From Minisyncoccota bacterium (GTDB lineage Bacteria; Patescibacteriota; Minisyncoccia; Phycocordibacterales; UBA2100), in the NCBI GenBank assembly GCA_036517195.1, contig DATDXU010000005.1, positions 4,975-68,974 on the forward strand: a stretch of 64,000 bases of DNA, read 5' to 3'. The position numbers were made by a program, and so were the translations under genes. The notes below the pieces were generated by a model. It made no database searches. It was given only the letters and a program-made list of their open reading frames with translations, and was not told the DNA's origin. Numbering within the stretch: the first letter of the stretch is position 1; every line of letters begins with the position of its first letter. Below are positions 63,914-64,000 of the stretch, piece by piece.

Positions 63914-64000
63914 ATGGCAATGGAAATCGTATTTGGCACCTTTCAGCTTTCGCTTAGCGCGTGGTTACTTGTGCTTTTCGGTTTTTGCGTGTTCTCGTGG
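63914..64000 (+). CDS. start of a hydrophobic protein (3' truncated by window edge)
   Basis: GAGGAG SD; TTGACT-17-TACTGT upstream; frame open to window end. Confidence 0.45.
   Translation, partial: MAMEIVFGTFQLSLSAWLLVLFGFCVFSW

Overview
Chromosomal segment of a small-genome bacterium. Gene content, short intergenic spaces and the repeat families suggest Patescibacteria/CPR, probably Parcubacteria (inference; standard genetic code). Housekeeping genes include prfB (3' end), ftsEX, pyrG, glmS, metK with a SAM-type riboswitch, nth, ddl, mutY, rnj, secG, groES/groEL, lemA, htpX, rnpB, murJ, lepA, valS, tsaD, trxB and ftsZ, plus 8 tRNAs. They are interleaved with orphan genes that carry their own promoter, SD and terminator, and with a small AT-rich defence-like island (DpnI-like nuclease, SRA-HNH, HEPN-like) behind tRNA-Gln. 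The most striking signal is non-coding. (i) Intact tRNA genes sit nested inside or beside broken copies of the same tRNA (Gln, Gly, Val, Phe). (ii) A CCCG...CGGG hairpin element family with ~6-bp target duplications hits start codons, -10 boxes and tRNA arms. (iii) A three-copy double-hairpin element with covarying stems lies downstream of accessory genes. (iv) An ArsR-like gene is bracketed by, and partly encoded by, a perfect 26-bp palindrome. (v) A shared structured trailer follows tRNA-Arg and tRNA-Glu. No transposase, integrase or CRISPR array is visible in the window. All family calls come from motif recognition by eye; no database search was run.
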